From Octopus sinensis (lineage: Eukaryota): a stretch of 64,000 nucleotides of DNA. The DNA is taken from the NCBI RefSeq assembly GCF_006345805.1, contig NC_043006.1:89900001-89964000 (forward strand), in the 5' to 3' direction. Of the stretch, positions 38,312 to 50,363 are shown piece by piece. The notes under the pieces were generated by a model. It did no database searches. It had not been told where the DNA came from and was given only the letters and a program-made list of their open reading frames with translations. Numbering within the stretch: position 1 is the first letter of the stretch; every line of letters begins with the position of its first letter. The position numbers and the translations under genes are program-made.

Positions 38312-39280
38312 AACCTCGCTTGTCCTTAGCCTTTGAAACTAAATGCAATTTGTTGAATATTGTTATTTGGTAAAGACTGCAGAGGTGAAGAGGTTTGAGT
38401 AGATAAAGCATTTGACTGCCAACTTCATGGACCATCAGTTCATACGTGGAAAAGACAATTTCATTATATTTCAAATGAGCATACGTAATGCCACATGCTG
38501 TATTTTCCTTCAGAGTTGCCAATTTTCACAATGATTCATTCCGATGAGTATACATGGTCGAGTGGTTATAATGTCTAGCTCATCATTATAAGGTTGGAGG
38601 TTCAATTCCTGGTCCATGTAGGGCATTGTGTCCTTGAGCACGACACCTCATTTCATATTACTCTTGTATGGTCAGCCAAAATGAGAATCAGACGAGTGTT
38701 AGTGCAACCCTGTTTCTCTCCAGCTCTCTCATCCTGTATGTTCTGCCAAGTCAAATATGAGGGGCGGGGGGCTCAATATTCACTCACAATTGGACAGCCC
38801 CACCCCACCCAAAGCAATTAGTGAATGTCACACCATAGTTGCAAAAAGAGGGAAGATGTTTTTATGCAGAAAGGCATCACTCAGAGTAGTTTCCCACAAT
38901 CAGTTCCTTTAAATCTTTTGTTATCAAAAAATTCTGGCCAAATATTCTATCTTTGTTTCAATCCATTTTGAAAATAAACAACAATAAGAAGCACTCAACA
39001 TACAAAGCAGTGCCTAATTTATTGCAATAAATATCACCACAATGTTAAGTGATGTTGTGGTTCTTTTCTCTGGCAACTCTGAAGGAAAATACAGCATGTG
39101 GCATTACGTATGCTCATTTGAAATATAATGAAATTGTCTTTTCCACGTATGAACTGATGGTCCATGAAGTTGGCAGTCAAATGCTTTATCTACTCAAACC
39201 TCTTCACCTCTGCAGTCTTTACCAAATAACAATATTCAACAAATTGCATTTAGTTTCAAAGGCTAAGGACAAGCGAGGTT
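38312..39280. repeat. Perfect 210-bp inverted repeat with 549-bp spacer
   Basis: 38312-38521 is the exact reverse complement of 39071-39280 (checked base by base). Confidence 0.97.
38552..38830 (+). mobile_element. Decayed tRNA-derived SINE with CORE-like segment
   Basis: ggttcaattcc B box followed by ttgtgtccttgagcacgacac; related pieces at about 23610, 29770 and 52245. Confidence 0.5.
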
Positions 39281-39749
39281 AACAAATCTGAAGAGAATGA
39301 AAATGAGAGAAGTTGGCTGAATAAGCTTTATGTGAATGAATGTAAATATTCTTTAGAAGATTTTGGCATCATGCTGATGTAATTAGGAGATATTAAGCTT
39401 TAAATAATATATTTTGAATATTCCAACATGAAAAGAACTTAACACGACAAAGAAGGAGGTCACCAAAGACACTTGAATCATTATGAAATAATCTGTGAGA
39501 TATTTATGTTAAGAAGAATATAAGACATTGTATTCCATAGTAATTCTTTTCAATACACCTGCATGTTGAAGTTCTTAGGATTTATGGGAAGGAATATTAG
39601 CTTCGTTATCCACCCTAACCCAACCTTTCTTATGTTAAAAATGGCTCATAAACAAAGCTAAGTAAAAACAAAAGATTTGAAAAGTTAAGGATGATTCCAA
39701 ATTTCTCATTTGGCCAGTTTGAAGGAAAAGGTCACTCTCTTAAACTTAT

Positions 39750-40040
39750 TATTTTTTAAAGTCTTATGGTATCAGTCTCATTTGCCAAATGGCTAGGATA
39801 CAGAGACATAACAAACCAACACCAGCTGTCAAGTGGTGGAGTGACAAACATAGACACAAAGGCACACACATATAAATGCTGGGATTCCATACAGTTTCCA
39901 TCTTGCAAATTCATTCACATAGCATTGGTCAGCTCAGGGTTATAATAGATAACACTTGGCCAAGGTGCTGCACAGTGGGACAGAACCCGAAAACCATGTG
40001 GTTGCAAAGCATGTTTTTTAACCATGCAACTATCTCTGTA
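39750..40040 (-). mobile_element. Degenerate SINE family A copy
   Basis: acaaaccaacaccagctgtcaag..gacacttggccaaggtg..cagtgggacagaaccc. Confidence 0.6.
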
Positions 40041-40708
40041 CCCATTATGTCCTTGCATTTTAATTAATTTTTAAAATAACTAAGTGATTTAGAGAATTTC
40101 TTCATTGCCTGGTTTAACACCCTCTCTCACGTAATATCTTGGTTACTTTTAGCAGCGAGCATTCTGCTGCTGGCATTTGGACTCACTTCTTTTCAGATTG
40201 TTGAGATCTCCCTCTTCCTTCCCATCAGTCTTGAAGTTCCTTTCTACTTTAGGTACAAAGCCTGAAATTTGTGGAGAAGGGACTAGTTGATCACGTCGAC
40301 CCTGGTAATAATGGTTTTCAGCAATTTTTAAGAGGAATGAGTTGGTTGATTACATAGATCCCAGTGTCATGGTACTTCTTTTACCAACCCCAATCATAGG
40401 GGAAAAAAAAACTGGAAGAGAAAAATCACAAAAACAAAAATAGAAATTGAAAAGTTTCCCTGTTACTGTGTGTGTGAGATGACAACAAGAGATGCTGGAC
40501 CAGAAAAGATCTGCCCTAACTCGTGTTAGCATTGGAAGAAAATTGGACAATAAATGAAGCTGAGAACCATGATGATGATGCTGACAACTTTGAACCGTCA
40601 GTCTATTATTCTGGGTGTGTTTGTGTGTGTGTGTGTATACATGCAGTTGTGTATTTATATGCATACATGTGTGTACACACATGTATACATATATATCCAT
40701 CTTCCATT

Positions 40709-40747
<39 letters not shown>

Positions 40748-40896
40748 TATTCATGGGCAGGCAACATACCTTTGCTTAAAACCTCTTCACACACAAAATA
40801 CATATCAATGAATTAATGCAAACTAATAAAATAAAATGCAACCCTCTACAAACACTCTTTTCTTTGGACTAATGAAAAACTTACAAAAACTATATG

Positions 40897-40937
<41 letters not shown>

Positions 40938-40962
40938 ACATACATTATACACACATATATAT

Positions 40963-40998
<36 letters not shown>

Positions 40999-41356
40999 TC
41001 ATAAACACATATATGTTCATAGGCAAATATATCTTAATTTTTTTATTAAAAAACAAAAATGGGCTACATTTCTAAATGAAGCTTCCCAAATTTTCCTCAC
41101 GTTCCAGCAGAGAAAAAAACATTTTTTTTTCTTTTCGTTTCTTGTTCAACCTTAAAGCCAAGTGGTAGATACTTAATACATTTGAGTTTTGGTATCTAAC
41201 ATTATGAGAGTCGAGGAAGTAAAATGGGGAAGTGCAGATCAGATAAACATTAGCAAGTCATCAGTGTGTGTAAAGCATTGCGTAACAGGTTCAAATTGTA
41301 GATGGATTTCATAAAAGAAATTTCCATACGGACTGAGAGGTAAGTGTATGTGTGTT

Positions 41357-41391
<35 letters not shown>

Positions 41392-41404
41392 AGGTGGGTG
41401 TAAA

Positions 41405-41528
41405 TATATATATATATATATACACATATATATAGTCAAACAGAAAATAAAAAAATAACAAAACAACAAAAGTCAAAAGAAAATACAGAATGTATTAAGT
41501 TGTTAAAGGATGATGATGATGATGATGA

Positions 41529-41567
<39 letters not shown>

Positions 41568-41665
41568 TATAGTCAAACAGAAAATAAAAAAATAACAAAA
41601 CAACAAAAGTCAAAAGAAAATACAGAATGTATTAAGTTGTTAAAGGATGATGATGATGATGATGA

Positions 41666-41706
<41 letters not shown>

Positions 41707-41808
41707 TATAGTCAAACAGAAAATAAAAAAATAACAAAACAACAAAAGTCAAAAGGAAATACAGAATGTATTAAGTTGTTAAAGGATGATGATGATGATG
41801 ATATATAT
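41405..41808 (+). repeat. Three-copy tandem duplication (137-139 bp period) with embedded (GAT)n and (TA)n
   Basis: agtcaaacagaaaataaaaaaataac..gttaaaggatgat starting at 41434, 41571 and 41710. Confidence 0.95.
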
Positions 41809-42160
41809 AAAAGTACGTATGTATACATACCTACAGAGAAAGAGAATAAGAGAGAACAATATAGTCAGATGAATATTCTGTGCAAATGTGCCTACAGCAT
41901 TACAAATACACAGACACAAATTCCATAACAAACACAGACACATATTTACATCACAAAAATACACAGGTATACACATGCATATAGATACAGGTATTCACAT
42001 GTATGTAGTAAAAATGACTGCATGTATATATATATATATGTGTGTGTGTTAATATGAATATATATACACATAAAATAAAGAGCAGAAAGTATAGGGAGGT
42101 GAAAATAATATATGTATGGAGAGGTTTTTTGTCCTGACACATTAGCGCTGCATAAGTTAC

Positions 42161-42259
42161 CAAAGAAAGATGATGGAGTTTTCTCATCGTAATGAATATT
42201 GGTGTTTTTATTATGTACGGCATGGGAACCAATATTAACTTCCATTACGTAGTTCCCTT
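42161..42259 (-). other. Candidate 99-nt phase 1-1 coding exon
   Basis: Minus: ttctatttttgctgccag|AA..TTTG|gtaact; frame GNYVMEVNIGSHAVHNKNTNIHYDEKTPSSFF; non-repetitive with retained CpGs. Confidence 0.3.
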
Positions 42260-42646
42260 CTGGCAGCAAAAATAGAACATACCAATTCCATCAAAAGCTC
42301 AGAATGCTGTGTGAATTTTCAAACAATTTCATTTTCTTTTAAAATAATATATAGAAATATATAGTTACACACACACACACACACATATAGATATATATAC
42401 ACACACACACAAAAGTTTATGAATATATACTGATGAAAATTCATAAGAAATTATATTCCATTAATATACATCTCTTTCTCTCTCTGTACAAGCAAAAATG
42501 AAAATGAAAAATGAAAGGAAACAAACTTTGATACACATAAATATATAATGTGATTGGATGATTATATATATATATATATATTTATAAAGATATACACACA
42601 TATATGCATATATATATTGACCATACTCGATAACGAGGGGGCAGCC

Positions 42647-42712
<66 letters not shown>

Positions 42713-42962
42713 TACACACATATATGCATATATATATATATATACACACACATGCATCAACAAATACATATATACTATATGCATCTCTGGATATATCTCT
42801 GCAATAGATACATGATGCTCAATATCTTGTAACAGAGCTAAAACAATATAATATACAAGCAAAATACACTAAAATGTACAAATATTAATATTAAAATTGA
42901 TATTCATGTTTCCTAATGAGTTTTGTACGTATATCCTTTCATGTCTATATAAGACTCTGTGT

Positions 42963-42993
<31 letters not shown>

Positions 42994-43420
42994 CATGCAT
43001 TTGTCATTCTGTGTATATATACGTATGCATTTCAAAACTATTCCATATTAATTTTCTTTTGTGTTTGCTGGTGTATAAGGTGCAGTCTTGCATATGATGA
43101 ACCCCTGCATTTTGTTTGTGGGGGGAAAAAAAGAAGAAAAAAAAGAGAAAGAAAACAAAACCAATTTAACATATTTCATTAAACACTCCTACACATGATA
43201 TCACATCTGTAATTGCAGTCACATTAATTAGATGCTTGGCAATTTTTTTGTCACATTTAATAATGAATAAAACACATCTTATACATCAGTAGATACAGTA
43301 TATGAGCAATTATTAGAATGACTTATAAATTTAGAGGTTTATGTAAATTTAGATGGCCAGATGTCTATTTAAATGTGTTTGCTCGGTAAGAAAGGCAAGT
43401 ATTTTCTACCATATTCATAG

Positions 43421-43435
43421 ATTAACCAATGGCTG
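43421..43435 (+). other. Candidate 15-nt micro-exon
   Basis: ttttctaccatattcatag|ATTAACCAATGGCTG|gtaagt. Confidence 0.2.
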
Positions 43436-44084
43436 GTAAGTGGAATTTGGTAAATAGTGCCTGACATAAGAATGTCAATGTGTGCCTGCATGAATGTGTA
43501 CACGCATACTTAAACATTGGCAAAAGATTAAACGTTCCTGCAACAAAAACACCAACAAGGACGTAGAAGCAAAAACTACACTTCAAATGAAATCCTTGGT
43601 TGTATTTGTTCTGAACTAATTTTCAGGCACTTCCTTGTTGCTCTTTGCCTTCAGAAATACAGTGAACCAATAATAAGCTTATTGGAAAACTATTGCTAAC
43701 AATGTTTGCTTCAAATATATACATATACACACAAATATCTGTGCGTGTGTGAGTATACATGCATATGTGTATGTGTGTGTATGGATAGACAGATACATAT
43801 AAATAGATAGGCAGATAAACACAGAAAGGATATAGTAACTACAGAAACATGGAGGCTAACATCTCTCCTGTTACAATGAGTATAGATGATGGAAGAGTTT
43901 TCAACTTCATGCACATCATACATCACTCTTAAAGATTGCAATTTAATCTTTTTTTTTTGCTTTTAATTGCTCTAAATACAAGTTAATATAATCTACTAAA
44001 CAGGCAGAGTTAGCAAACATATTTTAGATTTCTTCATAAGAAATGTAATTTCCCAATCACCATGGAACAATATTGATTTAGAAT

Positions 44085-44232
44085 TCTAACACAAGGCCAT
44101 CAATTTTCAAGATGGAATAAGCTGATTACGTCAACCACAGTACACAACTGGTATTTATTTTACTGCCCCTAAAAGGACAACAAGCAAAGTGTTTTACCAG
44201 GAATGCTAATGATTCTGCCAGCTCACTGCCTT
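44085..44232 (-). mobile_element. Internally deleted tRNA-SINE family B copy
   Basis: cacaaggcc..caactggtatttatt..gctaatgattctgccagctcactgcctt. Confidence 0.55.
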
Positions 44233-46250
44233 ACCATAGAGCATTATTGTCTTTGTAGTAAAATGGTTCAATGGTATTTATTGGCAAACAACACTGTGAA
44301 TTAATTCTGTTTGATATTACTGAAGTTTATTCTTTCATGTCTAAATATCTAAACCCATTCTTTCAAAAGCTACATCTTTTCTCAACAGCAATATAAAATG
44401 AATCTGAGATTAAAATAATTTTCTGGCACCATGATAGCATGGAGCTGGTCTGTTAAGTGTGGAGGGCATTTAGTCTTGTTAAAGGCACCACCACTTCTCT
44501 CTAGTGCTGGTGCCACAAAAGGAATTGCGCCCAGTGGACTCTGTAAAGTGGTCGGCATTGGGAAGGACATCCAACTGTACAAACCAAATTTTAAAAATGT
44601 AAATTATGAGATATGGTCATCTAACTCATCAAATAAAAGTGGCAATGAGCCATCCAACCCATGCCAGTGTGGTGATCACGATGATGATGATGATCATCAT
44701 CATCATAAAAAACCAATGGTCCAGTCGGCTAAACAGCTACCTTTTCCTTCCCGCACCCCAACAAAAATAATAAGTTGTTTTTATCCATGGGGGTGGGGGT
44801 CAGAGGGTGATGGAGAAGGTTAAGATACGTTTCAATAATGATAGAATTCAATATGCATTAACAAAGCTCATCATCAAAACCATGTTAATAAATCTATGGG
44901 ACTTTGTGTGTATTTAAAGACACACAACTAAATACACACACACACACACACACCTGTATCAAATTGTGTATATATATATATACATACATACTTTTATATT
45001 TAAATATATGCACATATACATATACAAAGGGGTGTGTGTGTATATATATATACACACACACACATGTATATATACTTTTATGTTTAAATATATACATTGA
45101 CATATATGCACATGTACTTGCAGACACACACACACACGCACACACACATACATACATGTAAATATGCATTCATATATACAAACATATGTATATCCGAATA
45201 CAACAAATTTGTGGAAATATATTATACCTGACTGCTACGAATGTATGTATCTATATATATGTGTGTTTGTGTGTGTATATGTATATAAGCATGTATGTAT
45301 GTGTGTATGTATGCATGTGTGTATGTATGTGTGAATGTCTGTGTGTGTGAATGTATTCACATTTATTGCTTATACATACTTTGGTAATATTTTGATAATA
45401 TATTTCAATTAATCAATATGCTCTTTAATAATTTCCAATAATAATGGGGAATTTATTATAATTATCAAAATTTTCAACATATTTTTTCTTTCCATTTTTG
45501 TCTCTAAATTGACTAATTAACTTTTATTTTTGTAACATCCTTTAGTAAAATATTTATTCTTCAGTCATAAATACTTGGCAATTTATATTAGTGTTATTAA
45601 CTCAGCAAACAGTTTCTCCAAATTAGTTGAATATTATTCTGCTTACATACATAGGAAAAAAAAACAAAACAAAAAAGAACATGTATGATGTGTGTGTATG
45701 TGTGGTTCTGTATGATTTCATTTTGTGTGTGTATGCGTTTGTGTGTGTGTGTGTGTGTGTGTGGATGTGGTTTCGTGTTTGTGGGTGCATGTTTGTGTGT
45801 GTGTGTGTGTGTGCACAATACATGTATTTTCAGGAAGCATCTTTTTTAAAATTCATAAGCTTAAATTCTTGGTTGTCAAGAATATTTTCCTTGTTGAATT
45901 TTTCTTTATAAACAGTAATTTCTCAAGCCATAAATTAATAGAGAAGGATGAATGCCATGTGGAATGAAGGATCATAGTCTCTTCAAGGATATTTGACGTC
46001 ATAGATCATGTGACCCGGCTTTCTATTAGGAATCAATGCAATCCCACACACTTGGTTGGCTGAGCTGTTATTTCTTGTTTAACCATGTTTGCTACTCTCT
46101 GTTGAAATATCTGTATGCAACATATAAAAATACATAGACATACATACATACATACATACATACATACATGCATGCATGCATGCATGTATGTATGTATGTA
46201 TGTATGTATGTATGTATGTATGTATTACTTTAATAGCTTAGTCACTACCA

Positions 46251-46565
46251 GAACTAGAGGAGAAGTTTCAGGTGTGGAAGCAAAGTCTAGAATCGAGAGG
46301 CCAAGCATAAGCTCGAAAGAAATGAAGCTAGTATGATCCAATGGATGTGTAATGTCAGTGTGCATACACGATAGAGTATAAGTGATTTGAGAGAGAAGTT
46401 AGACATAAGAAGCATCAGATGTGGTGAGCAAGAGAGACGACTGTGCTGGTATGGTCATGTGATGTGTATGAATGAGGACAGCTGTGTAAAGAAGTGTCAC
46501 ACCCTAGCAGTAGAGGGAACCTGTGGAAGAGGTGAACCCAAAAAGACCTGGGATGAGGTGGTGAA

Positions 46566-46567
<2 letters not shown>
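46251..46567 (+). mobile_element. RTE LINE 3' fragment
   Basis: REKLDIRSIRCGEQERRLCWYGHV..VEGTCGRGEPKKTWDEVVKH; ends in (TA)n. Confidence 0.85.
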
Positions 46568-46610
<43 letters not shown>

Positions 46611-46620
<10 letters not shown>

Positions 46621-46746
46621 TATAGAAGGAGCTTCTACAGGACTAGAACTGTTTCATTCAAGAGAAATCATCAGGAAGCTTCCTGATGATTTCTCTTGAA
46701 TGAAACAGTTCTAGTCCTGTAGAAGCTCCTTCTATATAATAAATTA
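46611..46746. repeat. Perfect 136-bp palindrome (68-bp arms, no loop, centre AAG|CTT)
   Basis: Arms checked base by base; centre between 46678 and 46679. Confidence 0.98.
46677..46727 (+). ncRNA. Type I hammerhead ribozyme (mirror copy on minus strand, 46630-46680)
   Basis: agcuuc CUGAUGA uuuc-ucuu-gaau GAA ACAG-uucuaguc-CUGU A gaagcu; 6-bp stem I, 4-bp stem III, GUA triplet; the base of stem II is a U.U mismatch. Confidence 0.75.
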
Positions 46747-46818
46747 ATTTTACTCTGCTATGTATTGAGTACCTTATTTACTGTGGTTAACCCCGAATCA
46801 ACCCGGGACCTACATATA

Positions 46819-46860
<42 letters not shown>

Positions 46861-48562
46861 CCATCTATGCATGCATCTTTTATCTTTCAGTTGTTTCAGT
46901 CATCATGATTGTGGTCATGCTGTGGGGTGGGGGGCACCTCCTGGAAGGGCTTAATTGAACAAAGCAGCCTCAGTAATTATTTTAAAATTTGGTACATATT
47001 TAATTAGGGCTTTTTGCTAGTTATGGGAATGAAAACAAATACACATGTCCCGGCATTAAACTGCATTTAGTGACAAAGTCCCAGGTCAGGAGTTTAGGAG
47101 TGCTGGGGAGTATGGAGTTACTCCTTGGTTACTACAACTCTCAAACAGATTCTGGTCAGGAGTAGCAATAATTGCTATTGAGAACCCAGTTTGGGATTAA
47201 AAGCAGCATGATGGTTGTATGGCTTAGGCATACAAGATTCAGAGGGGTATTTGCCTCGAGACATGTGTCAGACCTGATATCATGTGATTGAGGCCCCCTT
47301 GTAAAAGACTAAATGAGCTCAAGAAAGGAAAAGACTCACAGGGCAAAGTGTAAACAAACTACTGAAAAATGTGCAGGCGGTGGGCAGTCGTGAACTTGCT
47401 ATTGTCTTTTATTCCATGTTGTTAGATGGCCTAGTGGTTAAGATATTCAGTTTATGACCATAAGGCCTTGTGTTCAACTCCTGATAGAAGGTAACAAGGA
47501 ATCACTACTGTATTTTTCTCAAGAAAAATCATTAATCTTTAGTCTTTCGCATGGTGGTTCATGATCACCCACACCTGTAGGTATAGCACAGGAAAATAAC
47601 CATGTCTTTGGAGGGCTGATGTTGAAATTACTTGCAAGAATGAATAACAAGGGAATAAATAAATAATGAGATAAAAAGCAAATTTCCTTCCCAGCAACTC
47701 CCAGAAACCCACCTCATACCCTCCTCTTTCTTCTCATTTCATCTCCAAACAATTAACCCCCCTCCCCCTCCTTATGGCAATATCTTTGAAAGAAACTTAC
47801 ATTGAATGCATTCCTGGGTCTCTCAACTCTCTGCAAAATGCATTACATCAAAATGCGAAGACTTCCATAAATTTCTAGATTTAACAAGAATTTGAAAAGA
47901 AGAGTGGAGCATATATGAGAAATCCTTACAGTGTTACATCCTTGAAAGAGGAAAGAAGGCCCCTTTTAATTTTCATGACTACCAACAGCCACACTACTCT
48001 TTTATATTATTACCAAGTAGCTTGAGCATGTGTTTGTGTATGTATATATGTGCATATATGTGTCTGTGTGTATGTATATATATGTATGATATATACATAA
48101 TGATAGTTCTATCTGGGATACACGAACCAATGGGAGAGGTTCTGCATGGTAACTCAACATAAGTTTGTTCAATTAAGACAGACCTGGGACTAAACAACAA
48201 CTAAAACATTCACAAGAACATATTGATGGTTTTACACACACACACATATGGAGAGAACGTGAGAGAGAGAGAGAGCAAGAACTAGATATGCACATAGTAT
48301 TTATGTTTCTTCATGCTAAAGATTCTATATTACCCACTTAACATGTCAGGAATTCTGAGAGAAGCTGCATTGTTTTTGTTCCGCTAGTTCTGTTACTACT
48401 TGGTGGGTCTAAGTTGCTGGGAGTGAGGGAAGGAGGGTTGGTTGTACATGGTGGTGGTGGAAGTTATATAGAAGTAGCAATAGGGATCAGTAATCATGCT
48501 GGTGATGGAGAGCAATGCAAGCATTGGTGGTGGGGAACCCCTGAAATAGATAAATATTGAAT

Positions 48563-48604
<42 letters not shown>

Positions 48605-48812
48605 AAATTTATATGTTTTATTTATTATTTTTCACATTACTTAATCACTGGTATATTATTGTTATTTTATATTTAATATTTCTATTATATGTAATTTTCT
48701 AGATGGTGTAATTTAATTGTTTATTTTGAATTGATAAAAGGTGTTTTTTTCTAATTTTTATATATATATTATATATTTCTCCTGTAAGTTTGGAATAATA
48801 TTCCCTCAAATT

Positions 48813-48867
<55 letters not shown>

Positions 48868-48953
48868 AAGGATGAAAAGGAACACACGAGTTGATATATA
48901 TGAAAAAACAAGTCAGGATAGAAAATGCTAAAATAATTTTATAAAGAACATTT

Positions 48954-48989
48954 CAGTCCCGGTTTCAGCCATTGAGACCTTTTCAACTG
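48954..48989 (-). ncRNA. Decayed hammerhead-like motif downstream of the PLE
   Basis: Minus: cag UUGAAAA gguc-ucaau-ggcu GAAAC CG GGA cug; core and triplet mutated. Confidence 0.4.
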
Positions 48990-49526
48990 TAACAATTAAA
49001 TGATTAAATTTAGAAAAATTAAAAAAGTTCTTTTTAAAAGAATATTTGTATAGTGTTCAAATATAAGTGGCATTTTCCTTGTTTCTGCCTTTCTCTGTCT
49101 CTCATGTTTACTCTTGTGGGTTCCCCCTTATGAATTCTCAGTAGGAAAGAAGAAGGAGGAGGAGGAGAAGAAGGAAGAATTTGGGAGTGCCTTGATTGTA
49201 GTATTTTGAATGGTCAGTGGAGGCTAGCAGTTGCTGTTCAATTCATGAAAATATTTCTATTGAAAGTTTTGTTTATAGAATTTGCATAGGTGTTCTACTA
49301 AAAAGCATTAGTGATAAAGTTAGGAAGGAGAAGGAAGGAAAAGGGGGAGAAGAAGAAGAGGAGGAGGAAGAGAAGAATAAGAATAAGAAGAAGAAGAAGA
49401 GAAGGGAGAATATGAATGAGTGAAAGTAGTGAGGTGTTGGATGACTTAAAGTTATGGATTATCGCAGTGATTGGGGCTGATTTTTAATGGATTCTTAGGA
49501 ATGTAATATTTGCATGTGTATTTGTG

Positions 49527-50363
49527 TTATTCTAAGGCTGAGGTGGATATATCGTTTGTTGTAGATTCGTTCAGAAGGGGCCTGTATTTTGTAATAAAGA
49601 GAGTTTCTTTACTAATTCGTTGGCTCCAGGTTGTATCGTCCCTGAATTGGTAGGGGGGAAAAATCCTGAAGCTTGGAGTTTTGTTGTTGGTGCAAATATC
49701 TATGTGTTGGCTGAATGTTATTTTTCTGTTTTGGGGAATTTTTATCTGGGATCTGTGCAGGGCCATTCTTTTACGTAAATTATTTTTTTGACACCCAGAG
49801 CAAGTTAGTGTGTATATCAGGTTCTCCGAAGCACATGTGAAGTTGCTTTTCACTGTGAAACGTTGTCCCTGTTTGAAGGAGAACTCTGATCCCTCAATTA
49901 GATAATCGCATATCCCAGAATTGGGTCTTCCACATTTTTTTACTGTCGGCTTCTGTGTTGGTGAGCATATGTGAGCTTGTGTTAGGAGACTTTTCATAGA
50001 TTTGGGCTGTCTCTTGCTTTTTATGATAGTGTGTGTTTGGAGGATTAAGTTCATTCTGTGGTCCTTTTTTATGTTTTGGAGGATGGTGTCGAAGGCTTCA
50101 TTGTTGAGAGGGTTGTGTGTGGAGATGTATGGTAAGGCTTTTGCTCGTAAATTTTTCTTTAATTTAGGATGTCTGAGTTCCTGGATGTTGAGTTGAATGC
50201 ATATGTCAATTAGTGAAGGTGGATAGTTCCTGGTGATGAGGGTATCTTTTAGTTCATGTAGTCATGTGTCTCTGGTGTTTGCATTAGAAACTATAGTACA
50301 TATCCTTTTTGCTAGATTGAAGGGGATATTCATTCTGGTGTGTCTGGGGTGGCATGAATTGAA
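49527..50363 (-). mobile_element. Penelope-like element: RT thumb, linker and GIY-YIG endonuclease (Neptune-like Cys linker)
   Basis: FNSCHPRHTRMNIPFNLAKRICTIVS..RNYP..KSKRQP..KCGRPNSGICDY..FTCASENLIYTLTCSGC..LRKR..HRSQI..KETLFITKYRPLLN*. Confidence 0.9.

Noticed and set aside
38289-39282. Two identical 77-aa ORFs as a duplicated gene
   Set aside because: By-product of the perfect inverted repeat; non-ATG starts, no motif, frames close at the arm edges.
41302-41339. 38-nt exon ending GAG|GTAAGT
   Set aside because: Weak acceptor and no supporting neighbours.
42430-42455. ctgatgaaaattcataagaaatt as a hammerhead
   Set aside because: No valid stem II/III or cleavage triplet.
47801-47874. Minus-strand exon with strong acceptor and GTAAGT donor
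   Set aside because: Stops in all three frames and no open join to 42161-42259; a non-coding exon cannot be excluded but is unsupported.
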